Assembly: GCA_004431415.1 (NCBI GenBank)
Contig: QPMI01000262.1
Span: forward strand, 1-64,000
Length of the DNA: 64,000 bases
Reading direction: 5' to 3'
Origin: Cyanophora paradoxa CCMP329
Taxonomy: Eukaryota; Plantae; Glaucophyta
The stretch's first letter is position 1, and each line of letters begins with the position of its first letter. This document shows, in pieces, positions 12,019-25,521 of this stretch. Below the pieces are notes generated by a model that was not told the DNA's origin, ran no database searches, and saw nothing but the letters and a program-made list of their open reading frames with translations. Position numbers and translations under genes: made by a program.

Positions 12019-14672
12019 TCACTCCTCTTCGAGGATGAAGCGCGGCTTGGCGTCTGTGATGTCGCCCCCGAGGCCCGGGGTGCCCGCGGGGAGGGCCCGC
12101 CCGGGGCCCCCCGGGCGCGGTGCCGGCGGGGCCTGGGAGGCGGGGCGGGAGCCGAAGGGGGAGGCGAAGGGGCGGGCGGGGCGCTCCGCCTCCGCCGCCT
12201 CGGCCGCCTCGAGCTCCGCCGCAATCGCGTCCTCCTCCGCCGGCGTCCCCGCCCGCGGCCCGAGCCCCGCCCCGTGCACGTCGTACGTGTAGAGCGGCGG
12301 GGCGGAGCGCGGGCGGGCGGGGGGCGGAGGGGCGGGGGCGCCGGGGCCCGGGAGGATGCGGAGGGCGAGGAGGGCGGCGGCGAGGGAGGCGAGGGCGCCG
12401 AGGAGCAGGGCCGGGGCGAAGCGGCCGCCGAAGAGGGCCGCCAGCACGGGGCCCGCGAAGAGCGCCACCAGCAGCTGCGCCCCGCGTAGGCGTCAGGGGC
12501 CCCGGCCGAGCTCTCTAGGCAGGCGAAGGGCGCCTGCGGGGCGACGATGAAGATGTTCAGAACGCCCATGGCGAGGCCGCGCTGGCGCGGGGCCGCGAGG
12601 GCCCCCACCAGCGCGAACGGGACCGTCAGGGTGACGGCCCAGGGAACACCGGTGGCGGCGATGAGGGCGACGGCGACGGGCACGGAGCGGACGGCGGGGG
12701 CGGGGAGGAGGAGGGCGGCGAGGAGGAGGCAGGAGGCGCCCCAGACGGCGCGGGGGCCGAGGCGGGCGACGAGGGCGGGGAGGAAGAGGGAGACGAGGAG
12801 GGCGACGGCGGACTGGAGGGTGAGGCCGAGGGCCCCGCTGCGCACGCCGTCGTCGAAGGCGTGGCGCGCCGCCTCCTCGCCGGGGGCCCCCGACGGGCTG
12901 CCCCCGGCGACGTCCTCCCCGACCCACGCCGTCGCGTAGAGGATGAACGCGAACCAGGCCACCCACGAGGCGAACTGCCGCCCCCGTCGCTGCGGCCCCC
13001 CCGGGCGGGGCCGGCGGGCGGGGCGCGCCTGGACGGCGACGACGCGGCGGAGGGCGTCGGGCATGCGGAAGACGGCGACGAGGACGCTCCGCAGCGCCCC
13101 CAGCGCCCCTGCCGCCCACCCCCAGCCCCCCGCGTCACCCCCACGCCACCCCCGCCTCGCATCCCGGCCCGCACCGCCCGCCTCCTGCACGTGTGGCGCG
13201 CTCCGGCCGCGGGCCGCCGAGGCCGCCGCCGCCGCCTCAGCCGCATCCCCGCCCTCGGTGGCGCCGGCGGCCTCGGCGGCCTCGCCCGGCCGTGCACCGG
13301 CGAGGCCTGGGGTGCGTGAGGCGGTGCGCGGGTGGAGCGGGGCGGGGCGGGGTACAGTGCGTTGGAGGGGAGGTGGGCTGGGGCGCGGGGCGGGCGGGGC
13401 GGGGCGGGGCCTCGCGGACGCCGAGAGCGGTGACGGCGAGGGGCCCCGCGAGGGCCGCCAGCCCGAGCAGGAACGAGGCCCGCGCGTTCGCGCACAGGTC
13501 TGTGCACGCCGCCGTCTCCACCGGCACCCGCCTGCCCGCCCCCCGCCTCCCCTCAGCACGCCCCCGGGGCGGGCGGGGGCGGCGGGAGGGGTGGCGCGGG
13601 CCGGTGCCAGGGGACGGTGGCGGCCCAGGAGCCGAGGAGGTTGCCGGCGCTGGAGAGCCAGGAGAAGATGGCGTTCCCGGCGTGCAGCGCCTCGCTCCCC
13701 GCCCCCGCCTCCCACTGCGCCCGCGCCACGTCCGTCAGCAGCGACCGGCTGCCCCCGCCCCCTCCGACGGTCAGCCGAGCCTCGCCGAGGCGGCGCCGCG
13801 GCGCAGGGCCGGGCGGCGGCGACCTGCAGATGATGACGGCGTTGTTGGAGAGGTCGAGGAGCCAGAGGCCGAGGAGGGCGATGGCGACGGCCCCGCCGCG
13901 GTGGTGGCGCGAGTCGACGGTCGCCCACCCGACGTCCGCCGCCATTGCGATGAGCAGGATCGCCACCGCCGCCCCCGCGCACCCGCCCACGATGAACGGC
14001 TTCCGCCTGCCCCACCGGTGCGTGCACCGGTCCGAGAGCAGGCCCACGACCGGCTAATGGGGCCGTCAGCCGCAAAAGAGGAGACCTGTGACCTGGAGCC
14101 GCCGCGATGCACATGCAGTGCACCTGGCACTGCGCGGGGCAGCTGTCAGCGGCGGCGCGACCGTCGGACGAGCCGGGCGCTGAAGGAAGCGCACGAGGAG
14201 GCCAGTGATCGGCCCGCAGAGCCAAATTAGAGAGATCGACGCCTGCCGGGGCGGGCGTTATTTGCAGGATAGAGAGTTCGATGCACATGGAATTCGACGC
14301 CCGCTACGGGGCGGGCCTTCGACATCCCGAGCCAGAGGAAGAGCGGCGTCGAAAGCGCCATCTGCAAAGACCCTGCACGGACACGTCCACGGCGGGCGGC
14401 CCCGATTAAAAGGCAGGGCAGGGCAATTAAAAAAAGCAATCGCGCGGAGCGCAGCTCGGGTCAATGCGCGGAGCGAGAGCGCACACTCAAATTGAATGCC
14501 GACTGCAAGGTGCGGCAAGTGAGAGCAAGTGGCAATTCGGACGGCCGCGGCGCTCACCGACAACTGTGCACGCAAGAACCAACCGCGCGTACGCCTTGAG
14601 CTTGCTGGGTTTTGCCGCGCCCGCTTGCGGGGGAGAAGGAAGGTCCTCATCTAGATCCACGTGCGCGTGCAT
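12019..14672 (-). CDS. MFS sucrose/H+ symporter-like transporter (SUT/SUC-SLC45 family), multi-exon
   Basis: GIQF, QMALSTPLF, WLCGPITGLLV, GLLSDRCTHRWGRRKPFI, LGLWLLDLSNN, QFASWVAWFAF, FDDGVRSGALGL, GLAMGVLNIFIVAPQ. Confidence 0.92.
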
Positions 14673-15037
14673 GTGCGCCGCGCGCTCAGCGCTTGTAATG
14701 TCGTCGCTTCTGTTTGCAGAATCGCCGATCGCCGATCGCCGATCGGCTTGGGGGGATACTGATTATCTGCTTGACAGCCAGAACCGTCGCGCTCAAACGC
14801 GGAGGAGCGCGCAGCTCGCCACTGGGTGCGAGTAAAGGTACGCGGAAAGTCTGGGGGCGCTGGTGACGCTCGTGTTAACCGCAAGCGATCAGCGCGGGCA
14901 CAGGAGGACGCGCACAGCACGCGCTGCACGCGAGCAGTCGCTCGCATCCAAGTACACAGTCGCGCGCGGTTTCAAAGGACGAGGAGCGTCCCTTGTTAAA
15001 ACACGGCGTCTTCCGCGCGACACAACATACGTGCGGG

Positions 15038-17505
15038 ATGGCCGCGCTATGGCGAAACATCCAGAACGATGAGAATCTCATGTGCGTTGTTGCCGATCAG
15101 CCGGGTAAGGCAGCTAACCTCGCGCTCGACGGGAAAGGCTTGTGGCGAACAGCATGAAGCTGCTGCTCAGCGATCTGAAAGAGTGGAATATCGCCGACCT
15201 GACGCTCGGCTTGCACTACCTTGCGAGGTCCAACCAGAGCGCTGCCGACCGCGAACCCTACAAGGCGCGCGCGCCCGGGCGGCGCCCGCGCGCCTCGCCT
15301 CCTCCTCCGCTGAGAGCTGAGCGCAGGGGGAGGCGGTGACGCTGACGCGGGAGGAGCAGCGGCGGCTGCACCGCTTCGCGCAGCTTGCGCTGGCGGTGCC
15401 TCGCTTGCGCAGAGCCCAACGCGCGCGCGCCGGAACGCTGAGGCGGGGCTCGGGCAGGCGTACTGCGGGAGCGACGGGGAGCTGCTGCGGACGACGTCGA
15501 TGCGGCGGGAGGACCTGCTCTGGGCCTCCTGGCGCAGCTCCACTCACCGCCCCGCCTTCTACATCGCCCTCGACCCCCAAACCAAGTCCCTCCTCCTCTG
15601 CATACGCGGCACCAAGCAGATCAAGGTGCACCAGCGCTTCCCCCGCCCGCCCCGCCCCGCCATGGGCCGAAGGGGCGGCAGGACGCGCTGACGGATCTGA
15701 CGACCTCGGTGCACGCGTTTCAAGGCGGGCACGTGCACATGGGGATGCTCATGGCCGCGCTCTGGTTCCGCCAGCACGTCGTCAAGCTCCTCCACTCCCA
15801 CCTCAAGCTCCACCGCGACTCCTCCCTCCGCATTCTCGGCCACTCCCGTCCGCCCCCTCTCGGCCCCGCCGCACCTCCCCCGCGCGGGGCTCTGGGTGAC
15901 GGGGAGGACAGTGGGGGCGGGGACGGCGGCGCTCCTAGCGATCATGCTCCAGCACGGTCCGCGCAATGCGCGCCCTCCCCTCGAGCCGCCCTCCCGCCGC
16001 CCCGCCCCCTCCCCCCACCGCACTCTGCTGACGCCACGCCGCCCTCCCAGAGTTCCCGGGGCTCGAGTGCTACGCCTTCGCCCCGCCGGCCTGCGTCAGC
16101 GAGGGCGTCCTGCCCCTCACCGTGGCCCCCCGCCCCGCCCCGGCCTCGGCCGCCCTGCCCCAGCCACCCAGGCCCCTCGTCACTTCCGTCGTGCTTGGGG
16201 TGCGTGCCGCGCTGGCGGGACGGGGCGGGTGTGGGGCGGGGGCGTGCCGCGCTGGCGGGGCGGGGCGGGGCGGGGCGGGGGCGACGGGAAGGCGGGGCGG
16301 GGGCGCAGGACGACGTGGTGCCGCGCTTCTGCACGGCGTCGGTGGCGGCGCTGCGGCGCGAGGTGCTCGACTACGAGTGGGGCCGCGCCCTCCTCGAGGA
16401 CCTCGTGCGCGCCGCGCCGCCCCGCCGCGGGGCCCCGGGGGCGGGGCTCAGCGGGGGCGGGGCAGGAGCGGAGCCGGCTGGGGCAGCTGGCGCGGCGCTC
16501 GCAGGAGTTCCTCAAGGCGAAGGCGACGGCCGCCGAGCGCGAGTCGCCCACCCTCGTCGCCGCCCTCCTCTCCACCCTCCGCACCGTCGGCCCGCCCCGC
16601 CCCGCCCGCCCCGCCCCGCCCCGCGCCCCGAGGCCCCCTCGAGCGGTGCGCCGCAGCCACGGGCGCCGAGAACCTCAAGAACCTTCTCGTCGACTCGGCG
16701 CAGGCCGCCGACGCCCGCCTCAAGCTTTCCGCCTCCGCCGCCCGGGCCCGCCCTTGCCCCCGCCGCGCACCGTCCGGCCCGGCCGCGCGCGAGCGGGGCG
16801 CAGCTGTGGGAGGAGGCGCGGGAGTGGCGGGAGAGGCGGGCGGCGGCGGCGGCGGGCGGGGCCCTCGGGCCCTCGGCTCCCCTGGCCCAGCCCCTTCGAC
16901 GAGGCGCCCCGGCCGCCCCGCCCGTGCCGGCCCCGCCCCGCTGACCCCGCGGCAGGCGCCCCTCGCGGCGTGCGGGGCAGGGGACGAGTGCGCGCGCACG
17001 TCACCGCGCGAGGGGGAGACACGGGGCGGGGGCGTGACGCGCGGGGGGGCAGCGAGTCGGAGTGGACGGACGTGGCGGCGGAGGAGGACCCGTACGCGAT
17101 ACCCCTGCAGGAGCTCGACCCCGGCCGCGAGGAGGTGGTCCGCCGGCCCCGCCCCCGCCCCTCGGCGCGAGGCAGCGGGAGGCGACGGGGGGCGGGGGCA
17201 GCGGGAGGCGGCGGGGGCTGTGATCTCGGCGGAGGCGCAGGCGCGGCGGGAGGTGCACCTGTTCCCGCCGGGGGCGCTGCTGCACCTCGTGCGGGGCCCC
17301 TCGGGCGGCGAGCGCGACGTCCGCGCCTTCCGCGTCGAGGTGCCCGCGCCGCGCTCGCGGGGCGCGGGGCGGGGCGAGCGGGGGGCGCGGGGCGGGGCAG
17401 GCGGGGGCGTTCGGGGCGATCAAGCTGAGCGGGGCGATGCTGCGGGACCACGCCCTCGAGGCCTACGTCGCCGCCCTCGACGCCCTCCCCTTCCGCGTCG
17501 CCTAG
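15038..17505 (+). CDS. Lipase class 3 (DAG-lipase-like alpha/beta hydrolase), multi-exon
   Basis: RPAFYIALDPQTKSLLLCIRGT, DALTDL, GHVHMGML, nucleophile elbow ILGHS|VGAGTAALL, CYAFAPPAC, DDVVPRF, HLFPPG, MLRDHALEAY. Confidence 0.9.
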
Positions 17506-17585
17506 CCGTCCCCGCGCCCCCGCCCCGCCCGCCCCCGCGCCCCGCCCCGCCCCTCCCTCCCATCCTCACGTATATTTACGAACTT

Positions 17586-20500
17586 ATGCCACTCGCGATC
17601 ACGAGCTGCGCGTCTTTGTCTTCAACGTGCACTCGGGGGACGCCCTCCCGCGGCGCGCCGACGTCGAGTGCCGCGGGCCCGGCGCCGGCGGGGCGCCCCT
17701 CCTGGCGGGGCGCGCCGCCGTGCGCTTCTCGGGGCGGCTGTGCCTCTTCGCAGAGGCGATCGCGAGCCCGACGGGGGAGGCGCACGTGTTCGGGTGCGGG
17801 GCGGGGTCCGGGGCCTTCGCGGGGGCCTTCACCGGCGTCCTCCCCCGCCTCCTCGTCGCCGAGGTCGCCTTCGCCGGCCTGCCCCCCGCCGCCCCCTTCG
17901 CCTGCACCGCCAACATCACCAGCCCCGCCGGCACCTCCCCGCCCTCCGCCCCCGCCTCCGCCTCCACCCTCTCTGACGAGGCAGGTGGGGCGCTGGGGCC
18001 GGCCCCCGCCCCATTCCTCGTGCGCAACCTCCCCGAGGCCGCCCTCCGCTTCTACAACTCCTGGCTGCGGCCCTGGCCGCCCCCGGGGACCCTGCACGCC
18101 CCCGCCGCCGGCCCCTGGCTCCCCCTCGGCGACTCCGCCCCGGCGCACGCGGAGGAGCTCGACCGCTCCTGGTGCCCCCCGCCGGCGCGCGGGGCACGCA
18201 GGGCAGGCGCGAGTCGGGCGCGCAGGCTGCTCCAGGCCCCGCCGGGGCTGCGTCTCCTCCTCGAGTGGACGGGCGTCTCGCTGCTGCCGCAGGGCGAGAG
18301 CGTGGTCGTCGACGACTGGTTCGCCCTGGAGGGCGCCCCGCTCCTCGACGCCGACTGGGACCTCTTCGTGCGCCATGGCCAGCTGCAGCCGCCCCCGCCG
18401 CGAGCCGCTCACAGTTGGGCGCAGCTCAACCCGCCGCGCATGCCGGCGACGAGGCTGAGCGGCTCGTTCAGCTCCGCGCTGCTCAACGGGACGTACCTTG
18501 TGAGCACCGGCCCCCTGCTTCACGTTCGCTTCCGTTCGGAGGTGCCCCCGCGCGCGCCCGCGGCCGCCTCCCGACCTCCTTCGGTCGTGATGAGAGCGGT
18601 TCGCACGCGCAGGTCCCCTTCAGCGGCTCCTCCTGGGGGGCCCGGCTCCGGGCGGTGGACTGCGCGCTGGAGGCGGGGGCGTGCGGCACGAGCACGGGCC
18701 TCATCAGTGCTTCGCCTCTCAACTACCGGCACTTCACCTCCCACGTGCCGCCCGCGGGGCCCGTCCCCAGCGGCCCCGACCCCCACATCGACCGCCGCTG
18801 GTCCCCTGCCCTGCACACCCCTGCACCCCCCGCCCCCCCCCCCTCCCCCTCCCCGCCCCGGCCCCCCTTCCCTCCCCCTGCCCTCGAGCTCGTGCTCTGA
18901 CGGTGCCGGCCGCATGTGCAGGCTCTTCAGCGCGCCGCCGGGCTACGTATACCGCGTGCGGCTCGAGAACTTCGGGTACATGTGGACGGACCGGGGAGTC
19001 TCCACCCAGACGGTCCGCGCCAGTCTCCGTCCGGGCCGCTCTAGAGAGATCTCGGGTGCTGATCATGAGGCCCGGCCCGAGGGGCGGGGGGCGGGGTGCA
19101 GTGGTACGACGTCGAGCGGCTTCCAGGTGGAGATCGCGTACGACGGCTTCGTCTCCTCGGGCGCCTACGCCCTCGCCCGCCTCACCTCGCCGGCGGCCAA
19201 CACGAGCGGATCCCTCGTGAGCCTCATGTTCCGCGCCGTCCGCCTCGTAGAGCTCCGCGCCGGCCCCGCCCCCCGCACCTTCGACGACGGCAGCGGCGAC
19301 GCCTTCTACCCCCTCATGTTCGTCGCCTTCTGGTGCGCCATCGGGAGCTCGAGGGCCCCTCCGGATCCGCGCGCCCCCTCCGCCCCCCGGCGACCGAGCG
19401 CGGGGCGCGGGCGCAGGCGGATCGAGGCGCCGGCGGGGCAGCGCGTGCTGCTGGAGCTCACGGGTATGAGCATGCGGCGCGACGAGAACCTCGTCGTGCG
19501 CCCATGTCCCGATAACCGGGCCGCGCCCGCCCCCGTCCTTAAGCTTCCCGCTGACACCGCCGCTCGCCGGGCCCCTCGCTGCAAAGACCTACGACGGGAG
19601 CAGCAACCTCGCCCGCATGCTCAACTAGTGCTCCCCCGCGCCCGCGGCCGCACCCCCCCGCGAGGGCGAGCGGCCCGAGACGCCGTCCTGACTGCCTTTG
19701 CGATTGCGCGCGGCGATCGCGGTCGCGCGCAGCTACAACGGGGTCGGGGAGCTGGAGGAGTTGCCGCCGCCGGCGCGGCGGGGCGTGACGAGCAACAGCG
19801 TCGCGTACGTCTCCTTCGACTCGAACCAGGACGAGATCGGGGACGGGTTCGAGATGAGCTACCGGGCGGTGGACTGCGCGGCCGAGCCCGCCCTCTGCCT
19901 CCTCCGCGCCTCCAACTACGAGCGCCTCCTCGACGATGGCAGCGGCCCCGTCGACTACGCCAACGGCCTCGCCCTTGACTGGTGCCCGGCCCCCGCGCAC
20001 GCTCGGCGGCGGCGGCTGCAGCGGGGGTGGGCGCAGGAGCATCGAGGCGGCGGCGGGGCAGCGCGTCTTCCTCCGCTCTAAGGCCCTCGGCACGCAGCCC
20101 GGCCGCGACCTCGTTCGCGTGCGCCCCCGCCCCAACTTGCAATCCCCGCCCGCGGCCGCCCCCCGGCTCGGGCTCGCGACACAATGGACATGTGTCGTCA
20201 ATTTCTGCGACGAGGCCCATGAACGCGGCAGGTCTACGAGGGGGCGAGCGCTGGCGGCCGCCTGCTCGCGAACGTGAGCGGGAGCCTGCCGGCGGGGGCC
20301 TCGTGGGAGTACCTCACGGAGGGGCCCGCCATGTTCGTCACCTTCACGACGGACGGTGAGCGCCGGCGGCGGCCCGCTCTCAGTGGAGGCCGGTGCGGCG
20401 GGGCTCAGGGGCGGAGCACGCGGACGCAGGGAACGTGACGGGGGAGGGCTTCTCGGCCGGCTACCAGGCGGCGGAGTGGGCGGAGGTGCCCCTCGCCGCC

Positions 20501-21006
20501 CCGGGCGCCTGCGTCGACATCGACGACGGCAGCGGCCCCGACGCGTACGCCATGGGCGTCCTCAAGTTCTGGTGCCCCGCTCATGCATTTGTGGGGCGGG
20601 CCCCGCCCGGGATCCGGTGCGACGGAGGGCGGGGCGGGGGCAGGTGGATCACGGCGGCCGCGGGGCAACGGGTGCACATCGCCTTCACCGAATTCTCTAC
20701 GGAGAAGGGCTGGGACATCGTGACGGTGCGCCTAGGCCTCCCGGCCCGCGGGCCGCCGCCCCTGCTCGGGGCCGGGGAGCCGATGGGGGGCGGGGGCGGG
20801 GGCCTGGGCGCGGGCAGATCAACGACGGGCCGATGACGGCGCCGCGGCTGGCGGAGCTGAGCGGGAGCATCGCGGACGGGGATGTCCCCGTGACGACCTT
20901 CGTCACCTCCTCGGGCACCGCCCTCCTCCGGGATCCGCTTCTTCAGCGACCTCGGCACCACCTACTCCGGCTGGGCCGCCCGCCTCTGCTCCGTCCCAGC
21001 CCCTTG
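17586..21006 (+). CDS. Multi-CUB-domain protein (5' end unclear; one apparent frameshift near 20931)
   Basis: Repeated modules DDGSG...Y, W(R/S)IEA(P/A)AGQRVxL, FTEFSTEKGWDIVT, VxFxSD/TD...GF. The last module reads ALLRIRFFSDLGTTYSGWAARL only if one G is removed near 20931. Confidence 0.7.
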
Positions 21007-21482
21007 AGCCTCTTGATCGGACTCTAGATTTAGTTCTTGTCAAGTTGCACGATTTCACTTAGCATGAGTCATGATCATGTGCATACTACTATAGGCAGGA
21101 GTTGGAGAGCCAATGAACTCGAAAGCTTAAGGGTCACCGGGTTGCAATTGGAAGAGATTTGGAATTTTCGAAGGCCCGGCCGCCGCCGAGACGCACTGAG
21201 TGATCCATGAAGGGGAACAATCGCGACGCACGACTCGGCGAACTAAGCTTGCACACTTAGGTTCCAAGTTCTACGGAATTCGAAGGGCTGCCATCATGGC
21301 ATGGGCCAAGAAGCTTTCATGAGCATAATTAAGCATGTCCTGAACGAGCCGCTGGGCAATTAATTAAGCTTAAGCTCTCATGAGCATGCATAGTTAGGTT
21401 CCAAGTTCTACGCGCGTACGGAAGGGCTGCCATCATGCATGATCTACGGAAACAGGCATATGCATGCATTATAATATATATA

Positions 21483-23177
21483 ATGAACGGAACAGGGACA
21501 CTGCAGTTGCACTGCCCCTGTTGGAGGGGAAGGACCTCTAACGGTTGGGCAGGAAAGCTCAGGTTAGCCGCTGACTCTGCAGCCGCTGATCATGAGCCGC
21601 TGAGCTGCCCGAATGCCTGTAATTGCAACTGGGACGGTCGGCCGGGCTCGCAATCGAGCTCGTGGGACCGGAAGAGGACAAGCAGGTCAATCAGTCTTCG
21701 ACTCGCCCCGCCCCCTGCTCGTGCAAGGTGGCCATGTGGTCTTATTCAACAAAGACAGCATCTCAGAGTCTGCAGGCTGCAGCAAATGCTCACTAGGCGT
21801 ATACCTGGAACAAGAAGCCGTGCGGGAATGGGACAATTTGCCCTGCGCGCCGCGCCGCCGCCCGCCGTGCCTCCCGGATCCGCCCCGATCGGCGAGCCGC
21901 GCCGCCGCCCGCCGCGCCTCAGGAGGGCCTCCGCCCCGCACGGCGAGCCGCGCCGCCGCCCGCCGCGCCTCCGCCCCGCCCGGCGAGCCGCGCCGCCGCC
22001 CGCCGCGCCACCGTCCCGCACGGAGAGCCGCGCCGCCGCCCGCCGCGCCTCAGGAGGGCCTCCGCCCCGCACGGCGAGCCGCGCCGCCGCCCGCCGCGCC
22101 TCCGCCCCGCCCGGCGAGCCGCGCCGCCGCCCGCCGCGCCACCGTCCCGCACGGAGAGCCGCGCCGCCGCCCGCCGCGCCTCCGCCCCGCCCGGCGAGCC
22201 GCGCCGCCGCCCGCCGCGCCTCCGCCCCGATCGGCGAGCCGCGCCGCCGCCCGCCGCGCCTCCGCCCGCCCGGCGAGCCGCGCCGCCGCCCGCCACGCCT
22301 CCGCCCCGCCCGACGAGCCGCGCCGCCGCCCGCCGCGCCTCCGCCCCGCCCGGCGAGCCGCGCCGCCGGCCGCGCCTGCTCCCCGTGCGGCGCGCCGGCG
22401 CCGCGCCGCCGCCCGCAGCGCCTCCGCCCCGCCCGGCGACCGCGCCGCGGCCCGCCGTCTGCTGCGGAGCGCGGCACAAATCGAATCTAGCTGTGCACCT
22501 TGCGCAAGAGGAGCTTTTCGACGACACGCGTCGGCTTCTGTGCGCGCCCGGCGCGAGATTGCCGGGCGGCGCGCGAGCGCACCTTTCGGCGCAAAAGTGT
22601 CGCATCTGCGGACGGCGGGCGCGGGGCAGTCAGAACCATCGGCGACGCGCACCGGAACGCGGCGGAGGCGTAGCGGGCGTCTTCTTCCTGCACTCTTTCA
22701 CGTTCCGGTACAAGATCGGCCCCGCGTTCCGGTGCAAGGCATGCGCAACTCGGCCCCGCGACCGCGACATCGTGTACCCAGCAATCGCCTGAAACTCTCA
22801 GGAGCGCTTTTTTTCGGCGCTCAGTACAACAGGTACTTGAGGCGGCCTAGCGGGCCACCCTGTGCCTCTCCGGTCTCGGCATGTATGACATGAATCGTCG
22901 GGCGTATCAGGCGCATTCAGGCGCACTTGGTCCGGTATATATACCGCCACTTGGTGAGGCGCTAGATCGCATTTTTCAAACATGTGTTATTGCTCATTCC
23001 TGGTCGACCCGACAGGACCCGGATCTCCCGGAACACGTCTCCGGACTCGTAGGGACATGCCTGGCTAGGATCCGGCGAGAAAACCCGGGTTTTGGGAGGT
23101 CGGGACATTTCATTTTGGCCTAGGGTGGACACCCGAACACCCCCAAGTGGTGGAAGGGGAAGGGGGTCCTTCCCCAA
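21483..23177 (-). mobile_element. Non-autonomous Helentron/HLE2 (DINE-1-like) element, copy B
   Basis: Same termini as copy A in reverse orientation, with a central ~40-bp GC-rich tandem array. Near-identical to copy C. Confidence 0.8.
21845..22450. repeat. ~40-bp GC-rich minisatellite inside element copy B
   Basis: Unit GGCGAGCCGCGCCGCCGCCCGCCGCGCCTCCGCCCCGCCC, with 50-bp variants carrying CAGGAGGGCC. Confidence 0.9.
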
Positions 23178-23188
23178 TTATGCATACT

Positions 23189-24753
23189 ATGAACGGAACA
23201 GGGACACTGCAGTTGCACTGCCCCTGTTGGAGGGGAAGGACCTCTAACGGTTGGGCAGGAAAGCTCAGGTTAGCCGCTGACTCTGCAGCCGCTGATCATG
23301 AGCCGCTGAGCTGCCCGAATGCCTGTAATTGCAACTGGGACGGTCGGCCGGGCTCGCAATCGAGCTCGTGGGACCGGAAGAGGACAAGCAGGTCAATCAG
23401 TCTTCGACTCGCCCCCGCCCCCTGCTCGTGCAAGGTGGCCATGTGGTCTTATTCAACAAAGACAGCATCTCAGAGTCTGCAGGCTGCAGCAAATGCTCAC
23501 TAGGCGTATACCTGGAACAAGAAGCCGTGCGGGAATGGGACAATTTGCCCTGCGCGCCGCGCCGCCGCCCGCCGTGCCTCCCGGATCCGCCCCGATCGGC
23601 GAGCCGCGCCGCCGCCCGCCGCGCCTCAGGAGGGCCTCCGCCCCGCACGGCGAGCCGCGCCGCCGCCCGCCGCGCCTCCGCCCCGCCCGGCGAGCCGCGC
23701 CGCCGCCCGCCGCGCCACCGCCCCGCACGGAGAGCCGCGCCGCCGCCCGCCGCGCCTCCGCCCCGCCCGGCGAGCCGCGCCGCCGCCCGCCGCGCCTCCG
23801 CCCCGATCGGCGAGCCGCGCCGCCGCCCGCCGCGCCTCCGCCCCGCCCGGCGAGCCGCGCCGCCGCCCGCCACGCCTCCGCCCCGCCCGACGAGCCGCGC
23901 CGCCGCCCGCCGCGCCTCCGCCCGCCCGGCGAGCCGCGCCGCCGGCCGCGCCTGCTCCCCGTGCGGCGCGCCGGCGCCGCGCCGCCGCCCGCAGCGCCTC
24001 CGCCCCGCCCGGCGACCGCGCCGCGGCCCGCCGTCTGCTGCGGAGCGCGGCACAAATCGAATCTAGCTGTGCACCTTGCGCAAGAGGAGCTTTTCGACGA
24101 CACGCGTCGGCTTCTGTGCGCGCCCGGCGCGAGATTGCCGGGCGGCGCGCGAGCGCACCTTTCGGCGCAAAAGTGTCGCATCTGCGGACGGCGGGCGCGG
24201 GGCAGTCAGAACCATCGGCGACGCGCACCGGAACGCGGCGGAGGCGTAGCGGGCGTCTTCTTCCTGCACTCTTTCACGTTCCGGTACAAGATCGGCCCCG
24301 CGTTCCGGTGCAAGGCATGCGCAACTCGGCCCCGCGACCGCGACATCGTGTACCCAGCAATCGCCTGAAACTCTCAGGAGCGCTTTTTTTCGGCGCTCAG
24401 TACAACAGGTACTTGAGGCGGCCTAGCGGGCCACCCTGTGCCTCTCCGGTCTCGGCATGTATGACATGAATCGTCGGGCGTATCAGGCGCATTCAGGCGC
24501 ACTTGGTCCGGTATATATACCGCCACTTGGTGAGGCGCTAGATCGCATTTTTCAAACATGTGTTATTGCTCATTCCTGGTCGACCCGACAGGACCCGGAT
24601 CTCCCGGAACACGTCTCCGGACTCGTAGGGACATGCCTGGCTAGGATCCGGCGAGAAAACCCGGGTTTTGGGAGGTCGGGACATTTCATTTTGGCCTAGG
24701 GTGGACACCCGAACACCCCCAAGTGGTGGAAGGGGAAGGGGGTCCTTCCCCAA
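23189..24753 (-). mobile_element. Non-autonomous Helentron/HLE2 element, copy C (head-to-tail with copy B)
   Basis: Near-identical to copy B, separated from it by 11 bp. It is 130 bp shorter, matching fewer minisatellite units. Confidence 0.8.
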
Positions 24754-25521
24754 TGATATAATGATGATATATGCCCTGATCGAGTCGCTCGGCCAAGAAG
24801 CTCGGCCGAGATCATGGGCAGCTGCAGCCTGCAGATTCCAGGCTCTCATGATCATGGATCATGAGCAGCTGCAGATCTAGAGATCTAGAGGGACTGCACG
24901 CATGGCAGGCTGCCGTCACGGCGTCCGGTCGGACCTCAATTCCTGCTTCTCATAACTCATAACGTTAACACTAAGTGAACAATGATCATCTAGCTATAGA
25001 AAAAGTGATTCGCTACGGCAATAAATAATGTAATTCTGAGTTCTGCATCTGTAGCTGTGACACTCAAATACAATAACAGCAATATACGCATGCCAGCTGC
25101 ACATGCAGGCTGATTCTAAGATAGCATTAGCTACAGCGATCCTCATGGCGCAGTGATCGTGATACTAATATATCATACATAAATATGAACAGCGACATCG
25201 ACGACACTTGATGAGTGAACGTCACGTGCACTATTTGAATTCTGATATGTCCGCAGAAATAGTCCTTTCTAGAAAGAGCGAAATGATGGGCCAAAAAGCA
25301 AAACGATATCGATCAGATAATGATCATGATCAGCGGCCGCGGCCGCGGTCGGCGCGGCCGGACCTCTCCTTTGCGGGTTGCCGGGGGGGGGGGGGGGGGG
25401 GGGGGGGGGAGGGGGGACCGACGGATCCGGAGGCCGCGGCCGGAGCTCGAGCCTCGGAGGGAATAAAAAGAGAAGTGCGGCGCGGGCCCGGGGCCGGCGG
25501 GGGAATACGTAGGATGGATAT

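Noticed and set aside
21845-24030. Repetitive ORFs across the minisatellites
   Set aside because: Open in nearly all frames because the repeat lacks stop codons. They lie inside non-autonomous elements.
21483-24753. Two LTRs of a retrotransposon
   Set aside because: No TG...CA ends, PBS/PPT or internal region. Asymmetric IR plus hairpin termini fit rolling-circle elements.
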